From Eledone cirrhosa (Eukaryota), in contig OZ024742.1 in the NCBI GenBank assembly GCA_964016885.1, forward strand, positions 294,066,001 to 294,130,000: a stretch of DNA of 64,000 nt. The letters are read 5' to 3'. The notes under the pieces are model-generated. The model saw only the letters and a program-made list of their open reading frames with translations. It made no database searches and was not told where the DNA came from. The position numbers and the translations under genes were made by a program. How positions within the stretch are numbered: the first letter of the stretch is position 1; each line of letters opens with the position of its first letter. Positions 1-12,229 of this stretch are shown piece by piece.

Positions 1-2369
1 GACAGTACAGCAAGAGGAGGATGTTCTCAAGAGAGTCTGGGAACATAGGAGTGTCAAGTGGATGCTTTTTTTTGTCTTTTGTTTTACTGTTTTGTCAGAG
101 AAGGGTAATGGCCTTGACCATTTTCAAGTCCTCTCATACTATTGGAAGGAAAGAAGGTACCCTCAAATCAAAGATCTGACCTGAATGCTTGCAACAGCAT
201 GTACTCTGATAACACTTTGTTACCATATTTCTAACAAAAGATACTGCCTATGATTTTTAATTAATTTTGAAAATAATCAAATATTTGGAGAGGTTTAGTA
301 TTATAACTAACTTTCTCATTATCTTAACACAAATTCTTACATATATTGAATCAATTTGGTTTATCACCGGAAAATTACAAAAGACAATGCAGAGGAAGAA
401 ATATAAGAAAACTAAGACCAAGACATCTCAGTGGCGCAAATGACTGGAGAAGATATAGGTAGACTAGCTAAAGGTGTTTATAGTCTATGCCAATAAAGAA
501 TCAATGTCTGGACCTTACACCAAGGGTCAATTTAATAAAAAAAAGGTGTCTAAATTGTTGTGTTGACTGTACCAATATGGAGTGGGTATATAAAGTATGA
601 GTACCTTAGGGAGTCATTTAAATCTCAAAGATGGTAGCGTACAGTTGTTTCTGTGGAGTTGGGATGACATGGGGGCAGGACTAACACTACTATTAAAGCC
701 AACTAGGCAGCAACATAGGGTACAGATTTCAGAAAAGTGCTTTAATGAACCTTAAAAGATCACAGTTTTATACATTATCATCATCATCGTTTAACGTTCA
801 TTTTCCATGCTATCATGGGTTAGATCAGTTGTCCCATTGTGAGACAGCCAGGTCAGATGACCATGTCTTTCTCATACAGAACTGATTCTGGCTTGGTTTT
901 TATGGTTGGATGCCCTTCCTAATGTTAACCACATTTACAGTGTGTACTGGGTGGCTTTTTGTCATGACACCTACATGACTACATTACATTGTGTGCTGGG
1001 TGCTTTTTGTGGTGACACCTACACAACTACTTTACAGTGTGGACTAGATTTGTATAATTAATTTGAATATATAATAATTTCCAGCAATCAATAAATTAAT
1101 CAGATAAACATCTTTGCCACATAGCTGCATTGTAGAAATATGCCAACCCATTGGAGAGGGCTGTATGATGTTATAACACTTAATATAATTTAACATAGGT
1201 ACGTGTGCACTGTGTAGTAGAAAATGGTCTGAGTAAGAAGTGTCAAAAACCCAGGTTTGTCAACATAGCAAACTCTAAGTTGAAACTAAGTTGAAATTTT
1301 GGCAGAAGGGGGCACACATTGTAGGACTAACCTCGGATGCAAAATACTCAGGTGATGACACTGACTCTAGAGGAAGTATGTGAGCACAAGCTGTTTCTAA
1401 TGGAGCGTTTAGCTGTACAACTCAACAGTCCTACCGTATTTTTTTTGGCAACAGTGGGAGACATATATAAAGTTATTTACTTGTAAATATAACAGCTCAA
1501 TGTGTATTGATCTGTTGTTACAGTTGAGCGATCATTGTATGGTCAGCATAATAATTACTTTTCTATTTGTTATTATTTAGACCCAAGTCAGCATTGACGG
1601 AACATTCCAGTTACGACAATGTTATCTAACCTTTATTTTGACAAAATCCAAACATTTTCAGCTTTAAAAAATTAACATTTCATATTTTACAGAAAGTGAA
1701 ACAGTAAAAAAACCATAGAGTTTATTTAAAGGAAATTTTAGATCTGCATAAATCTTTCAGGATTGTGCCATGGCCCAGTGTTCGATATTCCCTGAGTTTG
1801 AGAAGTATTCGTAATGGCTATTAAAAAAAACAACATATTACTATGTAATATTTGACACAGAATTAGTTTTAGAACTGCACAGCTGAAGGCAATTGGACGT
1901 TAAAATAAATAACTGCAATACTAAGGCTTTCATTATTGAATACATAGCAGCAGGTATCGGGAAAATGCCTCTGCAGTTTTGTCCGTGGAGCGCAGCCGAA
2001 ACACCACCCCGTCCTAGGCATAGAGCCCACCACCCTCCCTTTCTTCTGTGGTTCAATAGTCTTTGCTTTTCCTCACATTTATGGCATTTATAGTAATTTC
2101 CTCTACTTTCCCATACAGCCATATCTGTCCTTTTGTTTTTACAACTTCCCCCTATTTTCATTACTTAATTTTGTTTATATCTTTCTTTTTCATAGTTTCA
2201 TCATTCTATGACTTCTTTTTGTAAAATATCGCTCGCTCTGATCGATCGACAAGATCCCAGACCTCATTCGATGCTGAGTGCGGTGGACTTCGTCAAATTG
2301 GATCAAGGAAACAATGTTTTCCATTACTGATACTATCTATCGGTCGCAACTCCTGGCAGAAGAAAGAAC

Positions 2370-2483
2370 ATGAAATAAAGTGTCTTGCTCAAGGACACAA
2401 CGCATCACTCGGTCTGAGAATTGAACTCGCAACCACACGATTGCGAATCCAACTCTCTAACCTTTAATCCACGCGCCTTCACA
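2370..2483 (-). mobile_element. tRNA-derived CORE-like SINE head
   Basis: Reverse complement has A/B-box-like tRNA head (GAGTTCAATTC) followed by GCGTTGTGTCCTTGAGCAAGACACTT. Related copies at about 14780-15005, 34370-34570 and 49985-50220. Confidence 0.65.
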
Positions 2484-3244
2484 AGGCGTAAAATATAGTA
2501 GTCTTTAATTGGAAGGAAAAAAAAATATTTTGTTCGAGGGTCTCAACGGGGTCAACTTTGTCTTTCATCAGGTCGATAAAACAAAGTGTACCAGTCAAAT
2601 ACTGAAGTACATTTAAACGAGTTTTTTCGTACCTCCAAATTGCTGGTTTTGTGCCTAATTCAGAAACAATTATTTGGCTCGTGTATATTATAATGGAGAC
2701 GAGTTTTTACAAACATGCAGAAAACCACAGCAAAATAATTATTCTAATTATTGTTTACCAAATACACCATTATTTAAAACATATATATATAGTAAACCAC
2801 GACAAAACTATAGTTTATTGCCGCTTTAATGTGTGATATTTTTCTCAGTAATTCATAATTATAAAAATGATATTACATTCCTATTACATTGGTTGATATT
2901 ATTCAATATCAACATGAAATTGTTAGGCATGTTAATTTTTTCAGTTTATATTTAGCCTTCTATGAACATAAATCAAAAGTATTCAGTAAATGAAAGCATT
3001 AAGTTCCCTTTTTCAGTAAATGAAAACATTAAGTTTCCTTTTTCATTTTTAAGTGGTCGTCATAAACTTTCACTTTCAAAAGGTGAGGTGGGAAGCATTA
3101 AACTGTAGTTATGTCTAAACACGTAATTAAGGATTAATGATCTTGAAAAAAAAAAAAAAAGAATCTGAAATTATCTAAGAAATGAAAAGGCAATAATTGT
3201 TATTTAGAGAATTAAAATGTAAATGTAAACAAAACAAAACTTAC

Positions 3245-3406
3245 TGAATGCGTGAAAAATTGGCTGATGTTTCGATCGAAGTTTGTGATATAACTGGTGA
3301 GATAAAGCCAAAATCCAGCCGATGTGTAAAAGATACATTGCATGGTGATAATCTGTGCAATTATTAAGACTGGATCCCAAACACTACTGCGGAACTGGCC
3401 ATGCAT
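3245..3406 (-). CDS. SYS1: SYS1 Golgi trafficking protein, first coding exon (54 codons)
   Basis: Translates MHGQFRSSVWDPVLIIAQIITMQCIFYTSAGFWL...SQFFTHS, matching the SYS1 N-terminal motif (M.GQFRS.VWDP.LI..QI..MQ). Ends at a GTAAGT donor (intron starts at 3244), phase 0. Later exons were not found and probably lie left of the window. Confidence 0.9.
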
Positions 3407-3867
3407 ATTGGTGAACTGACGTCGGAGCAGGGCAAGCATCCCACTCGGACAATTAACTTTTAAAAATGAACAACTAAGGAGAGACAAAGATCGGCTGATA
3501 GGAACTTTTCAACGTGGATTTAAATATATTTACAACGATGACAACTTTATTGTTTTTGTCCGTTTGTTCTAACAAATAAATCGGTTGTAAGTATTTGCTG
3601 TGAATAAATATTTTAGACAACTGAAAAGCCGTTCAGTGGTTCGGTCAGCATTATAGACCGAACTCCAGCATAGTAACATCATTTTGGATAAACCATTGTC
3701 GTCTACAAAGTATATTAAGATGTAGAAGTATCTTTATTAATAGTTGTCATTATTAAATTTGTTATAAAGCCTAAAATTTAGTCTCCTATGTGGATTCGGT
3801 GGTTATACTGCGCAGGAAACGTGAGAAAGTTTCATTGGTGATTCAGTGTTGATGACAAAACGATTGC

Positions 3868-3875
3868 CGGAAGTC
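3868..3875. promoter_or_regulatory. ETS-type motif CCGGAAGT in CpG-richer region upstream of SYS1
   Basis: Exact CCGGAAGT about 460 bp upstream of the SYS1 ATG, typical of housekeeping promoters. Motif only. Confidence 0.35.
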
Positions 3876-4370
3876 GGTTAAGATTGACACGTGAACCTGA
3901 TGCACACCCTCAAATATTTCTTTTATTATTATTATTCGTTATCTCTTATATGACTAATAAATAACAGAAATACAAGTAAATAAATACTCTTAATCTAAAT
4001 TGGAATTAACAAGAACGCATTTTCATTTTTACGACACATCAAAAAGCAAATATGTTACTGTAATTAAAATTACAATTATAATTTCATCTCATTAGTTAGT
4101 AATTTTATAATGTATCGATTTTAAAATAAAGGAGGGAAATAATTAATAATAAATAAATAGATGAAATAAAAACTTGTTATATAATTTAAACGTTCATGGC
4201 TGAATAAGAGAAAAATATGAATATGGAATCATATGAGTTATATCCCTTGTACTAATTTACACAAGTACTTTCTGGTAACACACGCACCTATAACAGGACA
4301 CTAACTCAATCTTAAAATTATTAATTTCTCCTATAACATTGAGTATTAATTTTCGCGACTGTCAATACTA

Positions 4371-4427
<57 letters not shown>

Positions 4428-4494
4428 TGGCCAGTCGCCGAAGTGAATAACTCGTTTAACCGGTTGCATATCAACGGATATTTACATCTGTGGA

Positions 4495-4563
4495 TTTATC
4501 TGAAAAGAACACGTTGGCAGATGTTATACAAAAGCCATAGGTCTTTGAAATATGTATAATAAA
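4495..4563 (+). ncRNA. degenerate type I hammerhead ribozyme (PLE-type)
   Basis: TTTAT-CTGAAAA(core mutated)...GTCTTT-GAAA-T-ATGT-A-TA-ATAAA. Same stem III as the 27888 motif, between (TA)n tracts. Confidence 0.4.
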
Positions 4564-4724
4564 ATAAATAACGATAGACTAACGCAACCCTCTTACTTGT
4601 TTATTATTATTATAATAAAACTCCGGATAAACATAAATCGTTCTGTTATATAAAAGTCGACAGATTTTCAATCAACCAACTTTCTCTAATTGAATATATA
4701 TATATATATGGTTGACGGCTGAGG

Positions 4725-4781
4725 GAGTTCTTGTCGGATGACCCTGTGATAAACAGGCGAAACTCCAGAGTAACAAGACTC
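4725..4781 (+). ncRNA. type I hammerhead ribozyme, one core substitution
   Basis: Stem I TCTTGT/ACAAGA; core CGGATGA (U4>G); stem II CCTG-TGATAAA-CAGG; GAAA; stem III CTC-CA-GAG; UA cleavage site. In a ~95 bp island between (TA)n tracts. Confidence 0.7.
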
Positions 4782-4913
4782 ATTTTTTAGCCTTGATAAA
4801 ATGAATATATATATATGAGGAAGGAATCATCATCTCTAACGTCCGTTCTCCTTGCTAACAAGGGTTGGATGGATTATCATAAGCCAAGTTAGTACGTAAT
4901 TTGTACTGGTGAC

Positions 4914-7325
4914 CATGGGTTGGAAAAAATTAATTGCAATTAATTGATTGGGGATCCCCTTCCAATTAAAAAATTGATTGTTTCGGGAAAAATTAATTGC
5001 AAATTAATTGGAACATGGTTGAACATCATAGCTCTAAACGTCTTTTATTGAGAGAAAGAACATTTTTTTTGTTATTTATCCGGTTAACGGTTATACCTCT
5101 ATAAACCCACTGTACCCTTTTAATTGCACTCTTATTCCGATCTTAATAGCATCTGGTTACTAATACCCCGGCGTTATTCTGATTATATTCTTGCCGTTCA
5201 TTTTCTAAAATCACTGTAGTTTAAAGTTCTTTTCGTAGCCGGAATGCGAGACAGAGGGTACGCCTTTCTGCGTGCACCTAAAATTATTTGCTTCTCAACA
5301 CTGTCGATCCACTACCTTCGCGTGTAGGTTTCTGCGTTCGAACTCCCCGATGATAACTGCACATTCGCACGCCTCGTTTACAGAAGAATTCCAAAACAAC
5401 TTCCTTTTTAACGTTCTTATGTAATCACGATCACTAATCTAGATTTTAAGTACTGAGAAATATTTTTATGATTATATAAATGACCATGTCTTCAAATGAA
5501 CGAATCGTAAAAAGGTATTTGAATAGAATAGACAATGACACTGGCTTTTGGAAATGCAAATGCGGAAAAGAGTTAAGCCAAAAGAAAGGAACTGGTTGGA
5601 GTAATTTGATTAATCATGTCAAAAGCCAACACCCAGAGCACTCAAATTTACAGGAAAACAAACAACAAACATTATCGAATTTGTCACAGAAATTTTTTCT
5701 AAAAGTGGCACAGTGAGTCGTTCTGCATTAAACGTGTATGGCTGGATTGAATGGGTATGCGTTAGTTTAAAATCGTTTTCTTTTGTCGAAGACCCACTAA
5801 CTCGAAAGTATACCAATTTGGGCTCTATGACCAATGTTACTCTGAAGAAATATATGAGTAAACTCACTTTAGAAGTAGAAAAAAAGATATCGAAAGAACT
5901 CCCAGGAAAATTCGCGCTAGTTATCGATGGCTGGAGTAAGGGGTCAACACACTTCGTTGGGCTTTTTGCCTCCTATCCTTGGAATGATAAAAAGGGATAC
6001 CGGCCAGCTTTGTTATTATTTTCACCACTGATGAACGAAATCTCATTCACTGCTACCGACCACGTGGATTTTATTGAATACACGTTAAGTCTATACGAAA
6101 AAAGCTTAGAAAATATCGTTGCAATTATTGGTGATAACGCTGAAGTCAATAAATCAATAGCGAAACTGTCTGGTATCCCTTGATTGGTTGTGCTTCCCAT
6201 AAATTTAACTTAGCAGTTTCTATTTAGTTAGAAAAGGAGAAAATTTTACTCAATAAAATCAACGAGGTGATGGGAAAATTAAAATCTTTTAAACTTTCGG
6301 GCACATTAAGAGAACAGACAACACTAAAACCCCTCCAAAGAAATATAACTCGTTGGTCGAGTACATTTGATATGATTGAAAGGTTTATTCAAATTGAAAT
6401 TTTTTTGGAATCTTTTAAGGACGACGCTAAACTCATTGATTATCTTTTGACACCTCGGGAACGCAAAGATCTCAGAAACCTGGAAGAGAATTTGAGAAAA
6501 CTGCGTTCAGTTACAGACGCTTTACAACGAGAAGAAATTGATTTGTGGGATGTTCGAGTTCTCTTCAATGAAATACTCGTCTTTTATCCATATGAAGAAT
6601 TCATATGGATATCGTTCATTGCTCTGATTTCGAGAATGGTATTGTTAAAATACTTCAAAAATCAGAAGAAAAGCTTGATGCGCTAGAAATACACGCTTTA
6701 CAGATTGGAATTCACTAAAATATCGAAAAATTCAGACTCTTTAGTGGGAGACGATGATTTCGCTTCAATTTGTCTGAAGAAGCGCAGAGTAAATGCAAAT
6801 TTATCTAAGAAATATCCAGATTGTAGATTTATTCTACCGACGTCAAATATAATAGAGCGTTTCTTTAGTTCAGCGGGATACGCTTTTAATGATTTTCGCC
6901 AAAGCTTATCACCTTTGAATTTAGAAATGCAATTGTTTCTAATGGCTAATCGCTCTTACTGGGATGAAGAATTGGTGTCTACGATTTTCAATCAATAATA
7001 AATTGCTTTTTATTTGCAAATAGTTGCTTATTCATAGTTTAAATTAAATATTTTGCTAATTTCTCTCTCGAAATTAAAAACCAGAACTTTTTTTTTTCAT
7101 ATTTGGAATTTTTTTCTCTTTATTTTTGCATCATCGGAATCTCCTATGTTCAAAACAGAAATCCGAAGAAATTCCTGCAAAAAACGCCCCAAAAGTAGCA
7201 AGAGTACGCTGCTGCAACAGCAATTAATTGCAATAATTGATTGGTTAAACATACCAAATCCAATTAATTGATTGGTAAAATTTTAATTGATTGGGCATCG
7301 CCCAATCAATTATTTACAAGCCCTG
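4914..7325 (+). mobile_element. hAT-superfamily DNA transposon, full length, transposase disrupted
   Basis: 8-bp TSD CTGGTGAC (4906-4913 and 7326-7333). Imperfect TIRs CATGGGTTGGAAA / CAGGGCTTGTAAA. Subterminal CAATTAATTGATTGG repeats at both ends. Confidence 0.9.
5480..6998 (+). pseudogene. hAT transposase pseudogene (BED finger, DDE, dimerisation domain)
   Basis: Frameshifted ORF pieces contain WKCKCG...NLINHV...H (BED), VIDGWS, IIGDN, GCASHKFNLAV (CxxH, alternate frame), TRWSST, PTSNIIERFFS and LSPLNLEMQLFL. Confidence 0.88.
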
Positions 7326-7989
7326 CTGGTGACCTCACCGATAGGTTCGGGAGGGGGGCATCTTGTTTACATACATTTCCCCATTCTGCAGAGCACACTA
7401 TGTGCATTTAATCGTGACACCAGCTCCAGGGGTGGTGGTTGGTGTCATGTCTTCGACACAGGTGACAAGGTCTCCCAACTAATTTTGGCTTTGTTTTGTA
7501 CAGTTGGATGCCCTTCTTATCAACCACCATATAGGGCGTACTGGGTGATTTTTTGTCGTACCAGCACTATGTCATGCCCAGAGGGTTCTCTCAACCATTT
7601 CTGCATGGTTTTTGTGGTTGGATGCCCTTCCTAGCACCAACCACTTTACAGAATATAGTGGGTATGATTTATTATTGCATCTGCACTTGGTAGGTTACCA
7701 CTTATTGTGGGTAGGGGCAGTAAGTATGCCACAAGTAATGGGAAATGGGTGGGAGATGACAAATGGCTGTATGAGAGGTGTGGTGGGAAATGACATAGGA
7801 AGGGAGTAGCAGTAATGATGTTAACAGCTACTAAGGAATTATGACTGGTGCTTTAGAATTTAAATATGTTGGAGGTGATCTTGGATAGAGTGAGGATAAG
7901 GGAGGGGGTGTATAGTGATGGTGAGGATAGTTGCTATGGGCAGGGATCCCATTTTATGCTGGTAGATAGATTGTCTCTAGTACAGAGTG

Positions 7990-9215
7990 TCACCAACCCT
8001 TGCAGTCCTTTGTCATCTCCATCATGAGGTTCAGTTTCTTAAAATCAGTCTACACTATTTCATTCCATGTTTTTCTGGGACTGTCTCTTCCACATGTCCA
8101 ACGCACTGAGTTTTCTTTTCATTTCTTTATAGAACTGTTATCTTCTATACTCATCATATATCCATACAAATGCATTTTTCTCTCTTGCTTACATCCTATT
8201 CATTTTATGCCAAGTTTTTCTCTCAGCTCATTTATGCTATGTCATTTAGGCACATTAATATTACACATCCCTGGAAGCTTGCTCACTTCATTTCTTTTTA
8301 ACCTTCTCTGGTCTTCTGCAGTCAAGACCCATGTCTCACTGTCATGTAGCATTGCAGTTTGCATATAGGCATTATGCAGACTACACTTAACTCTGAGAGA
8401 GAAGTTGTTAACAAAGGGCCTATCTTCCATTCCAGCCCACTCTTATCTTTGCTATCACACTTTCAGAGGATCCTCCTCAACAAGCAACTGAGGGAATCTA
8501 TTTCACATGTGCTCTTAGTTCTTACTTCTGTGCATCTGCCACATACAGTTTATCTTCCCTGTTAGTGTGCTTGTAATCCTACTACATCTCTTTTGCATCT
8601 ATAGATTACACTTTATGAACTCTTAGAATTTCTTTCCACTCCTTTTCAACATGTCAAACTATGCCAGTTCCTTGTTAAGACTTTTAGTGTTTGCTAAGTT
8701 TACTCTAAAGTCATTCAATTCTAGACTTTTCTTTCATGTCTGGAATGTTGCCTCTAGCTCTCACATGGATTCAGCTATAAGGAGTAGATCATCAGCATAC
8801 AAGATTTCCCATGGAGTGCCATTCTTAAACTCAGTGATGGCCTGAAAGACAATGATAAACAAAAGTGGACTGAGGACTGAGCCCTAGTGGACACCCACAT
8901 GTACTTCAAATTCGACACTGTACTCATTATCAGCTCTCACCTTGTTGGTTGAGCCTCTATACATGGCTTGCATGGCCCTCGCAAGTCATATGTCTACTTA
9001 GCTTCCTATGTGCCCACTAGATTACAGAGTGGGGGATCCTGTCAACAGCCTCCTCCAAATCTATAAATGCTAGGTATAGAAGCTTAATCTTAGTCAAGTA
9101 ATTCCCCTGCAGCAGTCTCACAAGGAAGAGGGCAATGGTAGTACTCTTACCTGGTCTAAAGCCAAACTACATCTCATCTAGCTTAATCCTGTCCCTAATT
9201 AGTTGTGCTATAACC
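7990..9215 (-). mobile_element. degenerate RTE LINE fragment (RT to C-terminus)
   Basis: Minus-strand remnants include EILYADDL, VHxGSVLSPLLF and AMLHDSETW...LKRNE, homologous to the 28214 ORF, with many stops. Confidence 0.8.
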
Positions 9216-10743
9216 CAAATACATCAATGTAATTGTTGTTGCTCAGGCTGGTGTGTGGAAGATTTGTTAAGTGACCACTGAAGAATTTCTTTTCAATGGT
9301 GTGATACAGTCAGCTTGTTTTACTTAGAGTATTTATGTAGAAGTTACTGTCAACAGACTTTTAGTTTTACTTTTTGGAATTGAATGTGTATGACTTGACA
9401 TACAAAACTTTTTAACATCATATTTAGAATATTATAGTGGTAAGAAACTTGCAGGAGAGCTGGACAGCAGAAGGTCTCCTCAAGTAAATGTTTTGGCCTT
9501 TAACTTCTTACACTCTAAGGGGGCTGGGCCACATCCAGGTCATGACTCATGGTTTCCTTTCTGCTGACATTTAGTCATTTGGAAATCGGTGACTTGCTGT
9601 GTATTTAAACCATATGGAGATTTTGTTGACAGGATCTAGCTGGAAGTACTTTTATTTTATTTAGACATAACTACAGTTTGAAAGTAAAAAATTGGCAGAC
9701 ATTAGGCTGTTGGGTAAAAAATGCCTGTTCTGGCTCACTGTGCTCCAAGGTCAAATTATTTGAGGTTGACTTTGTCTTTCATTCTTTCGAGGTCAATAAA
9801 TAAAGTACTATTCCAGTACTGGGTCAATTCAGCCCCCCCCCCCCCTCTCAAAGAAATTGACTGTATTCTGTAGATGTATCTACAGAAAGTCCTGCATGGC
9901 TGTTTTGTCAGAAAGCTTGAGAGTGAGAGTAATATAGTTTAGCAAAATAGTTTCTCATACTCACACTTTGAAGGATATGCTTTTGAAATACAGGAATAGG
10001 GGATACCAACACAATACCTGATTGATAAAAGGGATAGAGATGCAGGTAAAACACTTAAATGTGACAACAGATGCAAACTGGAATAAACACTGAAGATCTC
10101 ACCCATAGCATAAGCAGCTGTTTGAAGATGTCATCATGGTACTCCACCCTGACTATAACTTTAGATTTGTACCTATGATCATTAGGGCACTGGGATATGT
10201 GACTAACTGCCTCAGTAAATCTTGAGAAGCTGAGTTTCATAGAACCAGAAAGAAAATGACTAAGTAAAGTCCATTAATGGAACTGTAAAAATGTGTGAAA
10301 CATTCCCAAAATTTAGCATGTAATAACTGCATATACACACATAGATATAGAAACGTGTATATATGCATTATGTACACATATACATATGTACACTGTACAT
10401 ATAACTCAAAACAAACAGATGCACATATTCAATGACATCCATATCTGCACACACACAAACACATACAGGCATAAATACATAGCTACCTAGTTGATATTGT
10501 CTAAATTCTAATGAATGGACCTGTTAGAAATTGGCTCTTGTTGAGAAATCTAAAAAAGTAAAACTAGAAGAGCATACATTTATATCTACATATAAACATA
10601 CACAAATATATGTAGACATACTGTAACATACATACATGGACACATATATGTACATACAAGCATAAGCATATATATACATACATATATGCACACACTGAAA
10701 CACATACATACAACACTATATATGTATATATATATATACACAC

Positions 10744-10772
<29 letters not shown>

Positions 10773-10774
<2 letters not shown>

Positions 10775-12075
10775 TCAAAATAAAGATCCGAAGGCATGGT
10801 ATAAATTTCCAATCATTTTAATCACAACACGTTTCAATAAGAGATAGATCGATCGTGCGGCCATGATCGATTATCACTGATCTCGTCAGGTGAAAATCCT
10901 TGATATGAGGGAGAAAATTTAACGATGTTCACTCACTAGATTTCTTTTGGTTTTGATCCGTGATCATCTAACCATGGAGTGCTCAAGGTTACTGATTGGA
11001 CAATATTACTTACACACCATTAATGGGCTTACAAACATCCTCGGGGTTTTGCTATTCTTTTTTATTTTATTTTATTTTATTTTATTTCTGTGTTGGGTAA
11101 CACACCTCCACCACTCAAAAACCTATCTTAAAAGCCCAAGGGCTCATATGACGGGAAAACGCACATACTGGCACCTTAACTAAAATACCCAACCCTACAC
11201 AGAGCCCCTTGGTGGCCTACATGGCGGTTGCTTGCACGCACAGATTTGGGGACTCAGATTCTCAATGGGACAACGGCACATACAGAGTTCGATATGAGCT
11301 GACTACTTGCTCTTCACATGGATGTGTATATACCAAAACATACACTTTTTTAGACGATATGGATGTGTATATACCAAAACATACACTATTTACAATTCAA
11401 TTGATACATGTATAGCAGAACATTGAACTGAATTTACTTGCGGTTGACCCAATTTCTCCAATTTACATCGTCAAATTGAGATTTGACCAATATAACATTT
11501 GTTGTTTTGTAAACTAACTTTCGGTGAATACTATGTTGGTATATATATATATTTTTTCTTCGACCTCGCGTCAGTGTGTGTGTACTCACTCACACTAACT
11601 GTGACCGACTGTAATTCTAAAGATTTGATGTTGAGATTAGACCCGTCCAGCGTCTTTTACAGCTATTGAGAGATAGAGACTTGATAGTTTTATGACCCTA
11701 ACTGAGGACGATAGCAGTCGGCATGTTTTGGCTGCTTAATCTTCATATGGGGGACAAAACTCTAGTGAGTGAACATCGTTAAATTTTCTCCCTAATATCA
11801 AGGATTTGAAGACAATTCATTTTCACCTGACGAGATCAGTGATAATCGATCATGGCCGCACGATCGATCTATCTCTTATTGAAACATGTATCGTGATTAA
11901 AATGATTGGAAATTTATACCATGCCTTCGGATCTTTATTTTGATACAAATACTCCGTTTTACATCGTCTAGCTGTTCCCATAAATGGAATTGGAAATATA
12001 CAAAAGCGTGGAGAACTTAATATTGCTAACAAAAGTTTATTGGACCGTATGACACAACCAATAATACACCTTACT
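10773..12075 (+). mobile_element. non-autonomous Penelope-like cassette with inverted pLTR arms
   Basis: Arms 10773-10940 and 11761-11945 are near-exact reverse complements. Each carries a hammerhead core. (TA)n lies on both sides. Confidence 0.7.
11820..11900 (+). ncRNA. type I hammerhead ribozyme (long stem II)
   Basis: TCAC-CTGACGA(11827-33)-stem II with ATCGATC/GATCGAT-GAAA(11881-84)-CATGTA-TC-GTGA. Mirror copy on minus strand at about 10820-10893 reads GAAACGTGTT-GTGA. Confidence 0.6.
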
Positions 12076-12080
12076 ATATG

Positions 12081-12112
<32 letters not shown>

Positions 12113-12151
12113 CATATAGTAAGGTGTATATATATATATATATATATATAC

Positions 12152-12193
<42 letters not shown>

Positions 12194-12229
12194 GCATACA
12201 TATATCTATATATATATAATATATATATA

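Noticed and set aside
1725-1818. Minus-strand acceptor-like site as SYS1 exon 2
   Set aside because: The frames I translated do not resemble the expected SYS1 second transmembrane segment.
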